In this document: piece by piece, positions 39,145-49,571 of the stretch
Numbering within the stretch: position 1 is the first letter of the stretch
How the letters are laid out: every line of letters starts with the position of its first letter
Translations under genes and position numbers: made by a program
Notes under the pieces: model-generated
Seen by the model: the letters and a program-made list of their open reading frames with translations, nothing else
Told to the model about the DNA's origin: nothing
The model's database searches: none
NCBI GenBank assembly: GCA_016936455.1
Contig: JAFGXV010000035.1
Coordinates: forward strand, 3,618 to 67,617
DNA from: Desulfuromonadaceae bacterium
Lineage (GTDB): Bacteria; Desulfobacterota; Desulfuromonadia; Desulfuromonadales; Desulfuromonadaceae
Direction of reading: 5' to 3'
DNA length: 64,000 nucleotides

Positions 39145-39591
39145 TCACTCCCCCACTTTTTCTTTTTTGGCCTTATCGGCCGCAGACGGCATGGCAAACC
39201 ACAGAAAAACCGACAGCAACAGCAGCCCCGTCGACCGTAACAAGGCCACCCACAGGGAGGAAAGGCGCCCCCCTTCACTGCCGAAGCACCCGCAGTCAAT
39301 CGACAAACCACGCAGCAACGCCGAAGCCAACACCACGGAAAACACCAGTGACAGCAGAAAACTGATCGCCGTGGCCACCCGAACCCCTTTACCATGCAGC
39401 AGCAACAGGGCGGTATAGATTTCCAGCCACGGCAGCACCATGGCCACCAGCAACGGACCGGGGGCAGGCAACAGCTGGTAGCGGCTGATCGCCAGCTGAA
39501 ACCCATCCAGATCGACTACTTTCAGCAGGCCGGAGGCCAGAAACAGACCCGCAACCGCCAGCCGGGCGCACCAGACAACGGCCAGATTCAT
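39145..39591 (-). CDS. MauE/DoxX-family membrane protein
   Basis: LPWLE, IDCGCFG, four hydrophobic segments. Confidence 0.85.
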   Translation of the reverse strand: MNLAVVWCARLAVAGLFLASGLLKVVDLDGFQLAISRYQLLPAPGPLLVAMVLPWLEIYTALLLLHGKGVRVATAISFLLSLVFSVVLASALLRGLSIDCGCFGSEGGRLSSLWVALLRSTGLLLLSVFLWFAMPSAADKAKKEKVGE

Positions 39592-40085
39592 GGCCCCACC
39601 TCGATGCGCAGCCCAGCATCACGCCAATCCGAGAAGCCTGCCTCATACACCCGCACCTGGGAAAAACCGATCCCAAGCAGACTTTCCGCCAGCAGAAACG
39701 CCTCGTCGCACCCCCAGCCATCGCAGTAGACCAGCACCACTTGTTGAGCCAGGCAGCAGGCCCGTAAACGCGCCAGTGCCGCGCTGTCCCCGACAGGCAC
39801 GGAACGGGCCGTCGGCAGATGTCCCTGGCGAAAAAGGTCTTCCGTGCGAGCATCAACGATCAGCCGTTTCTGATACAGCCACTGCACCGCTCCGTCGCGC
39901 TCCACCGGCTGCAACCCGGCCTCGACAGAGCCGGTCTGCACCGCAGGAGACTGAGGGCAGAACAGTGTGACCACACGATCGACGTGCAAAACGGCACCAC
40001 TGACAACAGAGAGGCTCAGGACCACCAGCATCTGGGCCCACAAAGATAGACAACCAAAACGGTGCAAGGACTTCCCCTTCTTCAA
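39588..40085 (-). CDS. Membrane-anchored rhodanese-like protein
   Basis: VDAR, GHLPTA, VYCDGWGC, YEAGFSDW; start codon uncertain. Confidence 0.82.
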   Translation of the reverse strand: MKKGKSLHRFGCLSLWAQMLVVLSLSVVSGAVLHVDRVVTLFCPQSPAVQTGSVEAGLQPVERDGAVQWLYQKRLIVDARTEDLFRQGHLPTARSVPVGDSAALARLRACCLAQQVVLVYCDGWGCDEAFLLAESLLGIGFSQVRVYEAGFSDWRDAGLRIEVGP

Positions 40086-40211
40086 GCGTTATGCGTCATC
40101 GGCAAAAAAGGCCAATAACAAACCGGTCAAAACGTATCACGGCTTTGTTTCCCGGAACAAGGCGTGCTAGCATGGATAGATTGATCCAGAACTCTGCCCC
40201 AAGGAGGAACC

Positions 40212-40751
40212 ATGCACTTTTACGCTGTCACCATCATCGGCCGCGACCGGCCGGGCATCGTCTCCGAGACGGCCCGCATTCTCTTCGAACTCGGCTGCAA
40301 CGTGGCTGACTCGAGCAGTACCATTCTCGGCGGCCAGTTCGCCATGATTCTCATCGTCTCCCATCCGGACATGGCCCAGGCCGCGCCGCTGGAACAGGCC
40401 TTTTCGAACATTGAGCAGCAGGGTCTGTCCGTTTTTGTGCGCACCCTGAAACCCGGCGGCGAAAAACGCCCCGAGCTGCCCGGAGAGATCTGCATGATCT
40501 CGGTCTACGGCTCGGACAAGCCGGGCATCATCTACCGCGTCACTCGCCTGCTCAGTGAACGCCAGATCAACATCATCGACCTGCACACCAAGTTGATCGG
40601 CAGCGAAAAGCGCCCGGTCTATGTCATGGTGTGCGAAACCGTGTTGCCGCCGGATCTCACCACCGAGGATGTCCGCAACCTGCTCGACAGCGTCAAGCAG
40701 GAACTGCAGGTCGATATCACGGTGCGCAACGTCACGCCGGTGGAGCTGTAG
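40212..40751 (+). CDS. Double-ACT-domain protein (GcvR-like)
   Basis: GRDRPGIV and GSDKPGII ACT motifs; AGGAGG RBS. Confidence 0.85.
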   Translation: MHFYAVTIIGRDRPGIVSETARILFELGCNVADSSSTILGGQFAMILIVSHPDMAQAAPLEQAFSNIEQQGLSVFVRTLKPGGEKRPELPGEICMISVYGSDKPGIIYRVTRLLSERQINIIDLHTKLIGSEKRPVYVMVCETVLPPDLTTEDVRNLLDSVKQELQVDITVRNVTPVEL

Positions 40752-40752
40752 C

Positions 40753-41250
40753 ATGGCCGTACGCGAAATCCGCGTTTATCCCGACCCCTGCCTCAAGCAG
40801 GTCTGCGATGCAGCGGAACCCGGCACGGAAGAGACCCGCCAGCTGGTCGAGGACCTCATCGACACCATGTATGAAGCAGGCCACTCCGTCGGCGTCGCCG
40901 CCCCCCAGATCGGTGTCTGCAAACGGGTCGCCGTGGTGGACGTGTCCCACAGCAAGCTGGGTCAGAAACACAACCACGGTCTGCTGGTGCTGATCAACCC
41001 CGAAATTCTCGAACGCTCCGGCAGCAAGACCATGCGCGAAGGCTGCATGAGTGTGCCCGACTACACCGGCAACGTCGAGCGGGCACGGGAAATCGTTGTC
41101 CAGTTCACCGACCGCTCGGGCCAGGATCAGGTCATCCGCAGCAAGGGCTTCGAGGCCGTAGCCATTCAGCACGAATTGGACCACCTCGACGGCTTCCTCT
41201 TTCTCGACCGGGTGGACAACAAATCGGAAATATTCAAACGCAAACAGTAA
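40753..41250 (+). CDS. def: Second peptide deformylase
   Basis: SVGVAAPQIG, EGCMS, QHELDHLDG. Confidence 0.92.
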   Translation: MAVREIRVYPDPCLKQVCDAAEPGTEETRQLVEDLIDTMYEAGHSVGVAAPQIGVCKRVAVVDVSHSKLGQKHNHGLLVLINPEILERSGSKTMREGCMSVPDYTGNVERAREIVVQFTDRSGQDQVIRSKGFEAVAIQHELDHLDGFLFLDRVDNKSEIFKRKQ

Positions 41251-41313
41251 CAGACAATTTTTCAGCAGCTTGGTAAAGGGTGGTACAACTAACCGCGTGC
41301 GAGGGAGCCGGAA

Positions 41314-42792
41314 TCACCGGCTCGCCTGTTCGAGCAGATAGTCCACCAGCAGGCGGACACCAAATCCTGTGGCGCCAGCCGGCTGCCCCGGCTTGCCCTG
41401 TTCTTCCCAGGCTGTGCCCGCGATATCGAGGTGCGCCCATGGGCAGTCGGCAACAAAGTGGCTGAGGAAGGCCGCCGCCGTGATGGTGCCGGCCGCTTTG
41501 CCGCCGATATTCTTCAGATCCGCGACCTTGCTCTTGAGCTGTTCCCGATAGTCCTCGAACAGAGGCAACGGCCACAGGCGTTCGCCACAGCGCTCACCAG
41601 CCTCCTGCAACACCTTGAGCAGACCCTCATCGCTGCCGAGGACGGCGGCGGCATGATGACCCAGGGCAATGATACAGGCCCCGGTCAAGGTGGCCAGATC
41701 GATAATAGCCCGCGGCTTTTTCTGCGCCGCCCAGTGCAGGGCATCGGCCAGGATCAACCGTCCTTCGGCATCGGTATTGAGGATCTCGATACTGCGGCCG
41801 GAGAGGGCCATCACAATATCACCCGGACGCGTGGCCTGCCCGGACGGCATGTTCTCCACCGCCGGCACCACGCCGATCAGGTTCACCGGCAACTTCAGGC
41901 GTGCCGCGGTCTGCAGCACCGCCAACACCACTGCCCCGCCGGCCATGTCCATCTTCATCTGGTCCATGTTTTCGCCCGGTTTGAGGGAAATGCCGCCGCT
42001 GTCGAAGGTCACTCCCTTGCCAACCAAAGCCAGCGGCGCCTCGTCCTGCTCGCCACCGCCATACTCCAGCACAATCAGTCGCGGCGGCTGGGCGCTGCCC
42101 TGGGCCACCGCCAGCAGAGCACCAAAACCCTGCTCTTTCAAGGCGGCGGGGCCAAGGATTGTTGCTTTCAGCCCCAGTTCGGCCGCCAGATCCCACGCCT
42201 GTTGCGCCAGATAGGCTGGCGTTTTGACATTGCTCGGCTCATTGACCAGATCACGCGCCAGGGCGACGCCCTGGGCAATCACCAGGCGCTGGCGAGCCAT
42301 GGATTCCAGCTCATCCTCCGGCAGCGACGGACTCAGCAGATGAATGGTAACGGAGGCCGGCAATTTCTGCTCGACATCATGTCGATAGTGATCGAAACGA
42401 TAGAGTTCGAGCAGGCAACCATCGAGAATCCACGCCACACAGTCCGGCGCGGCGCCAGGGGCCAGCTCGAAACACCACTGTTTGCACTGCCGCTCGCGCA
42501 GGCAGGCAACCGCTTTGGCCGCCCCTTGGCGCCACTGGCGAGCCCTGGGAGCATCGCCAAGGCCAACCAGGAGCAGGTGCTCACCACCTTCGCGACAACC
42601 GTAAAGGGCCAGTACCTCGCCATCCTTGGCGCGAAACAGCTGCTGCTCACGTAAATCAGTGCAACGCCGCTCCGAAGCGGCATCGGGCAAGCCACGCCCG
42701 GCCTGCCAGTCATCCGACCCGATAAAAACTACCCGCCACAGCGCGGCCACGGCCCGCTGCGGATCAAAATCCCATCGAACTTCCGGCAACAT
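41314..42792 (-). CDS. pepA: Leucyl aminopeptidase (M17)
   Basis: VGKGVTFDSGG, MKMDMAG, NTDAEGRL, HLDIAG. Confidence 0.95.
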   Translation of the reverse strand: MLPEVRWDFDPQRAVAALWRVVFIGSDDWQAGRGLPDAASERRCTDLREQQLFRAKDGEVLALYGCREGGEHLLLVGLGDAPRARQWRQGAAKAVACLRERQCKQWCFELAPGAAPDCVAWILDGCLLELYRFDHYRHDVEQKLPASVTIHLLSPSLPEDELESMARQRLVIAQGVALARDLVNEPSNVKTPAYLAQQAWDLAAELGLKATILGPAALKEQGFGALLAVAQGSAQPPRLIVLEYGGGEQDEAPLALVGKGVTFDSGGISLKPGENMDQMKMDMAGGAVVLAVLQTAARLKLPVNLIGVVPAVENMPSGQATRPGDIVMALSGRSIEILNTDAEGRLILADALHWAAQKKPRAIIDLATLTGACIIALGHHAAAVLGSDEGLLKVLQEAGERCGERLWPLPLFEDYREQLKSKVADLKNIGGKAAGTITAAAFLSHFVADCPWAHLDIAGTAWEEQGKPGQPAGATGFGVRLLVDYLLEQASR

Positions 42793-43042
42793 CGAGTTTC
42801 TCCTCTTGAATGAAACGCATGATCTGCCCGCTAGCAACCGCAGCGCGAACCTCTTCTCGCGCCAGGATCTTCTTTCTGGTGATTGCAATGGGCTAATCAG
42901 CTGTTATGTTTTTACTTATGGGGTTTTTCGCCCCACGTCTTCGTCTCTGACCGCCACAGCATAGCACAAGCAGAGCGGATGCCGAAGCAGTCGCTATACA
43001 CCGCTCCCCCTTTTCTGCCGATACGGCGCTGGAACTACGCCC

Positions 43043-45169
43043 ATGCACGCATTGACCACCAGCCGGCTGCGCAAGCAACTGACCCTGTTCTTCATGGCCA
43101 GCATTCTGTTTCTCGGTGCCGTCATCACAGCCAGCACAGGCAGCCGACTGCTGGCCATCTTCAAGAGTTCGGTGCACAGCAATCTGATCAAGCAGGTTGA
43201 AAACAAGCAGCTTGCTATTGAAAACTACCTGCACCGCCTGGCGGACCTCAGTCTGCAATTGGGCTCGCGCTCCGGACTGCGCGATCTGCTGGCCAGTTAC
43301 GACCAGGGGCTGGTCCCACTGGAAACCCTGCAGCAGTTCAGCACACCACGCCTGCGCGACGCCACCCAGCGCCTGCACGAACTATCGGGGCTGATCCTGC
43401 TGACGGCTGACGGCCAGGAGGCCGCGCACATCGGCGTCATCCCCGATCGCGATCTCTGGCCGGCGATCCCGGGCCCGGAAGATCCGAAGCAGTATGGCCA
43501 TTACGGCGTTGTCTTCTCGCCTCCCTTTTATCTCGACGGCAAACTGTACCTGATCGTGATCAGCCCCATCTACCATCAGCAACGCCTGATCGGCCACGAT
43601 CTGCTCTGCTTCTGTCCAGAACATCTGCAGAGCGTCTTCGAAGAAAAGAGCGATCTCTACAGCGGAACACCGTTTCTGTTTCGAGGCGGCAGTACCACGC
43701 CAATCCTGATCAACGGGGCCGAGCTCAGTCCACCCGGTGGCCTAGACCCCAAATCCAACCCCCACTTGCTGGAATCATTGCACAGTCTTTCCGGCAGTGG
43801 TGGGATCTACCCGTATCCGGCCATGGATGGCCAGCCGCCAACCCTGCTCGCCTGCAGCCGTCTTTACGATCTTGGCTGGTATATCGGCGTACTCCACAAC
43901 CGGGCGGAACTCGATTCCTATCTGAAGAAAAAACTGCAGCCGGTCTTTCTGATCATCCTCGCCGTTACGGCTCTAGGTGGCATCATCTTCTACTTTCTGG
44001 CCCGCCCCCTGGCCCGGCAGGTACTGGTCCATGCCACCGATCTGGAACAGATGAATCAGGATCTGGCCAAGGAAGTCAGCGAACGTCGCCAGATTGAGCA
44101 ACACCTGCTTACCAGTGAACAGGAGTGGGCCAACACCTTCGAATCCATTGATGATGCCATCAGCATTCTTGACCGGGAGGGTCGCATTCACAAACAGAAC
44201 CGCGCCGCCCGCCAACTGAGCGGCAGCTACAGTGCCGTGCACAGAAAGCGTGCCGACCTGCGCAATCTGCTGCCAGAAGACGGTCAGCCATCAGAGCTGT
44301 TTCAGCAGCTGCTGGCCGAAGGTAAACCCGTTGAATCCATTTACAGTGACGAAATCACCGGCGCCTTTTTCCGGATCAGCCTGACACCGCTGTCCGTCCA
44401 CAACGCGTTGCGTGGAGTGGTGCAGATTGTTCAGGACATCACAGAGCAAAAACAGATTGAAAAAATGAAAAGTGAAATGATTTCAGCAGTTAGCCACGAA
44501 ATTCGCACCCCCCTGACCGCAATCACCGGCTTTGTCGAATTTATGCTGGAAAACGAAACCAGCGCGGATCAGCGACAGAATTACCTCGAAATCATCCACC
44601 GGGAGATGCGCCGACTGAACGAGCTGATGAATGACTTTCTCGATCTCCAGCGCCTTCAGCTGTCGCTGCACGCCTACCACTTTGCGCCAACGGACACTTT
44701 GGCACTGCTGAAAGAGACCCTCAGCCTGTTTGAAATGGCATCAGAAAAACACCAGCTGGTCTCACAGCTGCCGGACCAACTTCCGGAGCTGTCTCTCGAC
44801 GCCAACCGCATGCAGCAGGTTCTGAAGAACATTCTGGCCAATGCCATCAAGTACTCCCCGGCCGGAGGAACCATCAGGGTCAACGCCCGCAGTACCGATC
44901 AATCGGTCTTTATCTGGGTTCAGGATGAGGGAATCGGGATTCCGGTAAAAGACCAGCAGAAAATCTTCTCGCGCTTCTACCGGGTGGATGACAGCGACCG
45001 CCGGATTCCCGGCGGCCTGGGTCTGGGACTGGCGCTGGTGGATGAGATTGTCAAAGCCCATCAGGGACGGGTCTGGGTCGAAAGCACCCTGGAAAAGGGC
45101 AGCACTTTCTTCATCGAACTGCCACGCCATCCCGAGCGGGAACCACAAGACGCTGCACAGCGGATCTGA
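43043..45169 (+). CDS. Sensor histidine kinase (TM-periplasmic Cache-like-TM-PAS-HisKA-HATPase)
   Basis: SHEIRTPL, NAIKYS, DEGIGI, GLGLGL. Confidence 0.92.
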   Translation: MHALTTSRLRKQLTLFFMASILFLGAVITASTGSRLLAIFKSSVHSNLIKQVENKQLAIENYLHRLADLSLQLGSRSGLRDLLASYDQGLVPLETLQQFSTPRLRDATQRLHELSGLILLTADGQEAAHIGVIPDRDLWPAIPGPEDPKQYGHYGVVFSPPFYLDGKLYLIVISPIYHQQRLIGHDLLCFCPEHLQSVFEEKSDLYSGTPFLFRGGSTTPILINGAELSPPGGLDPKSNPHLLESLHSLSGSGGIYPYPAMDGQPPTLLACSRLYDLGWYIGVLHNRAELDSYLKKKLQPVFLIILAVTALGGIIFYFLARPLARQVLVHATDLEQMNQDLAKEVSERRQIEQHLLTSEQEWANTFESIDDAISILDREGRIHKQNRAARQLSGSYSAVHRKRADLRNLLPEDGQPSELFQQLLAEGKPVESIYSDEITGAFFRISLTPLSVHNALRGVVQIVQDITEQKQIEKMKSEMISAVSHEIRTPLTAITGFVEFMLENETSADQRQNYLEIIHREMRRLNELMNDFLDLQRLQLSLHAYHFAPTDTLALLKETLSLFEMASEKHQLVSQLPDQLPELSLDANRMQQVLKNILANAIKYSPAGGTIRVNARSTDQSVFIWVQDEGIGIPVKDQQKIFSRFYRVDDSDRRIPGGLGLGLALVDEIVKAHQGRVWVESTLEKGSTFFIELPRHPEREPQDAAQRI

Positions 45170-45189
45170 AAACGACCCGCGCCGTATGC

Positions 45190-46782
45190 TCAGTTATGCT
45201 CGCGGGTCTTATGGAAGGTAATGGCCGGCGACTGCTCGATGGTATGCTGCAACCGCCATTCGCTTGACGCCAGAAACGCCAGATTGCCTTCGGCATCGGT
45301 CGCGAGTTGAGCGCGGTTTTTCTTTTCGAACTCATCGAGCTTTTTCTTGTCCTCGGCGGTCACCCAGCGTGCCGTGGCATATTCGACACCTTCATACACC
45401 GCATCGACCCCGTACTCATCCCGCAGCCGCGCCATGATGACATCGAACTGCAGCACACCGACCGCACCGAGAATGTAGTCGCTGTTGATCAGTGGCCGGA
45501 ACAGCTGCACCGCCCCCTCCTCGGCCAGCTGGACCAAGCCCTTGTCCAGCTGTTTGGTTTTGAGGGGATTTTTCAGCCGCACGCGGCGAAAAAATTCCGG
45601 GGCAAAACTGGGAATCCCGACAAACTTGAGCGGCTCCTTGGTGGTGAAGGTATCACCGATCTTGATCGTCCCATGGTTGTGCAGACCGATAATGTCCCCG
45701 GCATAGGCCTCCTCCACATGGCTGCGATCCTGCGCCATGAAGATGGTGGCATTGGCCACGGCAATGTCCTTTCCGATCCGGTGATGACGCAGCTTCATGC
45801 CACGCTCGAACTTGCCGGAGCAGATGCGCAGAAAGGCGATACGGTCGCGGTGGGCCGGGTCCATGTTCGCCTGAATCTTGAACACAAAACCGCTGAAGGC
45901 CTCTTCGTAGGGGGACACCTCGCGCGTGGTCGTGGCCCGCGGCACCGGCGACGGGGCCAGTTCGACAAATGCATCGAGCATTTCCTGCACGCCGAAATTG
46001 TTAATGGCGCTGCCAAAAAACACCGGCGTCTGGTTACCTTTCAGATATTCCTCAAGACTGAACGGACTAGCCGCGCCTTCCAGCAGGTCAATATCATCGC
46101 GCAGCTCCTGGGCCTGATCCCCCAGCAGCTCATCGAGACGGGGATCACTCAGATCTTCAATCACCACCCCTTTGGTCACCCGGTCATTCTGTTGCGCCGA
46201 AAACAGGTGCAGACATTTTTTGTGCAGGTTGTAGGTCCCACGAAAGCGTTTGCCCATGCCGATGGGCCAGGTCAAAGGCGCGCATTCCACCTGCAGCGTC
46301 TCTTCGATATCACCGAGAAGATCCAGCGGAGCCAGGCCTTCGCGGTCGAGCTTGTTGATGAAGGTGATGATCGGCGTGTTGCGCATGCGGCAGACTTCCA
46401 TCAGCTTGCGCGTCTGGGTTTCGACGCCCTTGGCACTATCGATGACCATCAGGGCGCTGTCCACCGCCGTCAGCACGCGGTAGGTGTCCTCGGAAAAATC
46501 CTGGTGACCCGGCGTATCGAGCAGGTTGACCTCGTAATCACGGTAGTTGAACTTCATCACCGACGAGGTGACGGAGATGCCGCGCTCCTGCTCCATGGCC
46601 ATCCAGTCGCTGGTGGCATGGCGAGAAGCCTTGCGCGCCTTGACCGCACCGGCCATCTGGATGGCGCCGCCGAAGAGCAGCAGTTTTTCCGTCAACGTCG
46701 TCTTACCGGCATCCGGGTGACTGATAATGCCGAAAGTACGACGTTTTTCGACTTCTTTCTGGTAGAATTTCTTGGTCTGCAT
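45190..46782 (-). CDS. prfC: Peptide chain release factor 3
   Basis: [30 protein letters not shown]. Confidence 0.97.
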   Translation of the reverse strand: MQTKKFYQKEVEKRRTFGIISHPDAGKTTLTEKLLLFGGAIQMAGAVKARKASRHATSDWMAMEQERGISVTSSVMKFNYRDYEVNLLDTPGHQDFSEDTYRVLTAVDSALMVIDSAKGVETQTRKLMEVCRMRNTPIITFINKLDREGLAPLDLLGDIEETLQVECAPLTWPIGMGKRFRGTYNLHKKCLHLFSAQQNDRVTKGVVIEDLSDPRLDELLGDQAQELRDDIDLLEGAASPFSLEEYLKGNQTPVFFGSAINNFGVQEMLDAFVELAPSPVPRATTTREVSPYEEAFSGFVFKIQANMDPAHRDRIAFLRICSGKFERGMKLRHHRIGKDIAVANATIFMAQDRSHVEEAYAGDIIGLHNHGTIKIGDTFTTKEPLKFVGIPSFAPEFFRRVRLKNPLKTKQLDKGLVQLAEEGAVQLFRPLINSDYILGAVGVLQFDVIMARLRDEYGVDAVYEGVEYATARWVTAEDKKKLDEFEKKNRAQLATDAEGNLAFLASSEWRLQHTIEQSPAITFHKTREHN

Positions 46783-46940
46783 CCTGGTTTTTCATCCGCA
46801 AAAGAGAGCCGTGCCCCCGTCAGGGGGCACGGTGTATCCGTGAACGGGGCAAAATAGCGTAGAGGAGCGGCTGTGGTCAACAGCCGATCACACAAAAGCG
46901 GCAACGGATGGCCGACGCAGCCGCTACGAGAAACGAACCA

Positions 46941-48350
46941 TCAGCGCATCAGCCACAACGCCTGCTCTGCCGCCTTGCGGGCATTGGCCACACAATCATT
47001 CAAGCCGACGCCCCCATAGGCATTGCCCGTCAGGATCAGCCCTGACTGGCCTTCCAGGCCCCGATGAAGATCCGCCAGCCGCTGGGCATGGCCACGGACA
47101 TACTGGGGGATGGCGCGCTGATGGCGGAAAATCCGCAGAAACTCCGGCGCCACCCGAATGCCCATAATCCGTTCCAGATCGGCCTGAACCAGAATCGCCA
47201 CCTGCTCATCGGAAAGATCCGCGGCCTGAGGCCGGGTCGCGCCCCCCATCATGGAACGCAGCAATACCCGGCCGGCGGGAGCGCGGTGACGAAAGATACT
47301 CGAATCCCACAGCGTCCCGAGGATCGAACAGGACTCCTGTTTGGGGATCAGGTAACCAAAGCCATTCAGATCGCAGGGGATCTGCTGCGGATCATAACCG
47401 CAGCAGATCACGTTCATCGGCGCGTAGGGGATGTCCTTCAGCAGGCCCGCTACGTCTGGCACCAGATCCCTGAGCAGTTCGGCAGCGGCCCAGGCCGGTG
47501 CGGCACTGATGACAATCTGCGCCTCGAGGCTCCGGCCGTCCGCCAGCATCACCCGATACTGGCCGGGATCACCTTCCACGCTGCAGGCGGCAACCCCGGT
47601 GAGAAACTGCGCCCCCCGGGCCTCGACGGTCTGCCGCAAGGTATCGGTCAGCTGCTGGATGCCGCCGTCGAAGGAGGTCAACACTCCGCCGGGACCGGCA
47701 GCGGAAGCCACCGTCTGGCCTCTTTTGCGCTGCTGACGTTTCTGCCGCGCCAGACGAACCATGGCCCGCAACAGGCCACCGTACTGCTGCTCCAGCTCCA
47801 CAATGCGCGGAAAACAGCTTTTCACGCTCATGGTTTCGGCATCCCCGGCAAAGATCCCACCGGCCATGGGTGCGATCAGCTTATCCAGGGCTTCCGCACC
47901 GAGACGGCGACGTCCGAACTCGGCCAGGGTTTCATCCTCCCCATCCCGCCGCGTCGGCACCAGGGCTTCGCCCACCAGCCGGATCTTGCCCGGCCAGCTC
48001 AACAGCTGCGAGCGCAGGAACATGGGACCGTTTTCCGGCAGGCGATGGAGACGATTGCCGCTGAAGATGTAGCGTTTGCGCGCATTGTCGTTGGAACGCT
48101 GCAACACGTCATCCATCTGCAACGCACGACACAGCTCCAGCGTAGCCGGCTTGTTGTCCAGAAACCCGTTCGGTCCCCACTCGCACAGATACCCCTCTTC
48201 GCGGCGGCTCCAGATTTTGCCGCCGCAGCGATCATTTTTTTCCACCACCTGCAGTTGCAGCGGCTTGCCTTCGCTCTGAGCCAGCGTCTGCAAGGCATAA
48301 GCCGTTGCCAGGCCGGAAATTCCGGCACCGATTACCACAACCTGCGTCAT
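46941..48350 (-). CDS. hemY: Protoporphyrinogen/coproporphyrinogen oxidase HemY
   Basis: GAGISGL, EWGPNGF, GFGYLIP, IPQY, GVGLNDC. Confidence 0.9.
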   Translation of the reverse strand: MTQVVVIGAGISGLATAYALQTLAQSEGKPLQLQVVEKNDRCGGKIWSRREEGYLCEWGPNGFLDNKPATLELCRALQMDDVLQRSNDNARKRYIFSGNRLHRLPENGPMFLRSQLLSWPGKIRLVGEALVPTRRDGEDETLAEFGRRRLGAEALDKLIAPMAGGIFAGDAETMSVKSCFPRIVELEQQYGGLLRAMVRLARQKRQQRKRGQTVASAAGPGGVLTSFDGGIQQLTDTLRQTVEARGAQFLTGVAACSVEGDPGQYRVMLADGRSLEAQIVISAAPAWAAAELLRDLVPDVAGLLKDIPYAPMNVICCGYDPQQIPCDLNGFGYLIPKQESCSILGTLWDSSIFRHRAPAGRVLLRSMMGGATRPQAADLSDEQVAILVQADLERIMGIRVAPEFLRIFRHQRAIPQYVRGHAQRLADLHRGLEGQSGLILTGNAYGGVGLNDCVANARKAAEQALWLMR

Positions 48351-48529
48351 CGGTTTTCTCCCTCTTGAATAAAGCCTTTGGCTAAAAGGTTCGTAAAGCC
48401 CATGGATAGGCGCGCAAAAAGCCATGGAGGGCTTTTTGAAAAAAACCGCGCGCACCGTCAAAAAACGCCAGAAGCATAGCACAGTTTGACACGAAACACT
48501 TACAACGGATTCGCCCCTCCGCTCGCAGA

Positions 48530-48559
48530 CTTGACGCTGCACCAGGCCAGACCTATAGT
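48530..48559 (+). promoter_or_regulatory. Promoter of the dnaJ-like gene (RpoH- or sigma70-type)
   Basis: CTTGAC-N16-CCTATAGT, which also reads TTGACG-N17-TATAGT. Confidence 0.65.
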
Positions 48560-48595
48560 AACAGCGAAACTTAACCCAGCAGGAGAATCGTACCC

Positions 48596-49492
48596 ATGGC
48601 CGCGGACTACTACGCCACCCTCGGTGTGGCCAAAAACGCCACCGAACAGGAAATCAAGAAAGCCTACCGCAAGCTGGCAGTGAAATACCATCCGGACAAG
48701 AATCCCGGCGACAAACAGGCGGAAGAACGCTTCAAGGAGATCTCGGAAGCCTATGCCGTGTTGAGCGACAAGGAAAAACGCCAGCATTACGACCAGTTTG
48801 GCGACAGCGGCTTTCACCAGCGCTACAGCCGGGAAGACATTTTTCAGGGCACCAATTTCAACGACATTTTCCGCGAATTCGGCATGGGCGGCTCGGGTGA
48901 GGATCTGTTCAGCCAGCTGTTCGGCGGTGGCCGCACCTCCCGCCGCTCCCCGTTCCAGCAGCCACGTGCCGTCAAGGGACCGGATTACATCATGAAGCTG
49001 ACCCTGCCCTTCCGCCAGGCCGTGACCGGCGGGGAGCGCATGGTGCAACTGCGCCACGAGGGACGAGACGAACAGATTCAGGTACGCATCCCGCCCGGGG
49101 TGGAAAGTGGCCAAAAGCTGCGCATCAGTGGCAAGGGCGGGCCCTCACCCGGCGGAGGGCGTGCCGGCGATCTGCTGCTGGAGATTCAGGTCGGTAGCGA
49201 TCCGGTATTCAGCCGCGACGGCAATAACCTGCAACATCACATCAAAATTTCCTTCAGCGCCGCCTGCCTCGGCACCAGCGTCAGTGTGGAAACCCTTGAA
49301 GGGCACAAACGCATCAAGATACCGGCCGGAACCGGCAGCGGCAGCAAAATCCGCCTCAAGGGTTTTGGCGTCCCCGCCCACGGCCACCATCAGGCCGGCG
49401 ATCTCTATGTGCTGGTCGAGATTGAGGTGCCCAAGAACATGACGGACACACAGCGCAAGCTGATCGAGGAGCTAGCGCAAAACGGACTGTAG
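48596..49492 (+). CDS. DnaJ class II chaperone (CbpA-like)
   Basis: J domain with HPD, G/F region, C-terminal domain, no Zn finger. Confidence 0.9.
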   Translation: MAADYYATLGVAKNATEQEIKKAYRKLAVKYHPDKNPGDKQAEERFKEISEAYAVLSDKEKRQHYDQFGDSGFHQRYSREDIFQGTNFNDIFREFGMGGSGEDLFSQLFGGGRTSRRSPFQQPRAVKGPDYIMKLTLPFRQAVTGGERMVQLRHEGRDEQIQVRIPPGVESGQKLRISGKGGPSPGGGRAGDLLLEIQVGSDPVFSRDGNNLQHHIKISFSAACLGTSVSVETLEGHKRIKIPAGTGSGSKIRLKGFGVPAHGHHQAGDLYVLVEIEVPKNMTDTQRKLIEELAQNGL

Positions 49493-49515
49493 ATTCTGAA
49501 GCGAATCGTCGCACA

Positions 49516-49546
49516 AAAAAGGCAGGCTTCTGGAGCCTGCCTTTTT
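49516..49546. terminator. Bidirectional terminator
   Basis: AAAAAGGCAGGCT-TCTGG-AGCCTGCCTTTTT between convergent genes. Confidence 0.85.
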
Positions 49547-49571
49547 GCGTTGTTAGCGCCGGGTCTGCAGG

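Noticed and set aside
40153-40168. Possible sigma54 site CGGAACAAGGCGTGCT before the ACT gene
   Set aside because: Poor match to TGGCAC; equally explained by an extended -10 TGCTAGCAT
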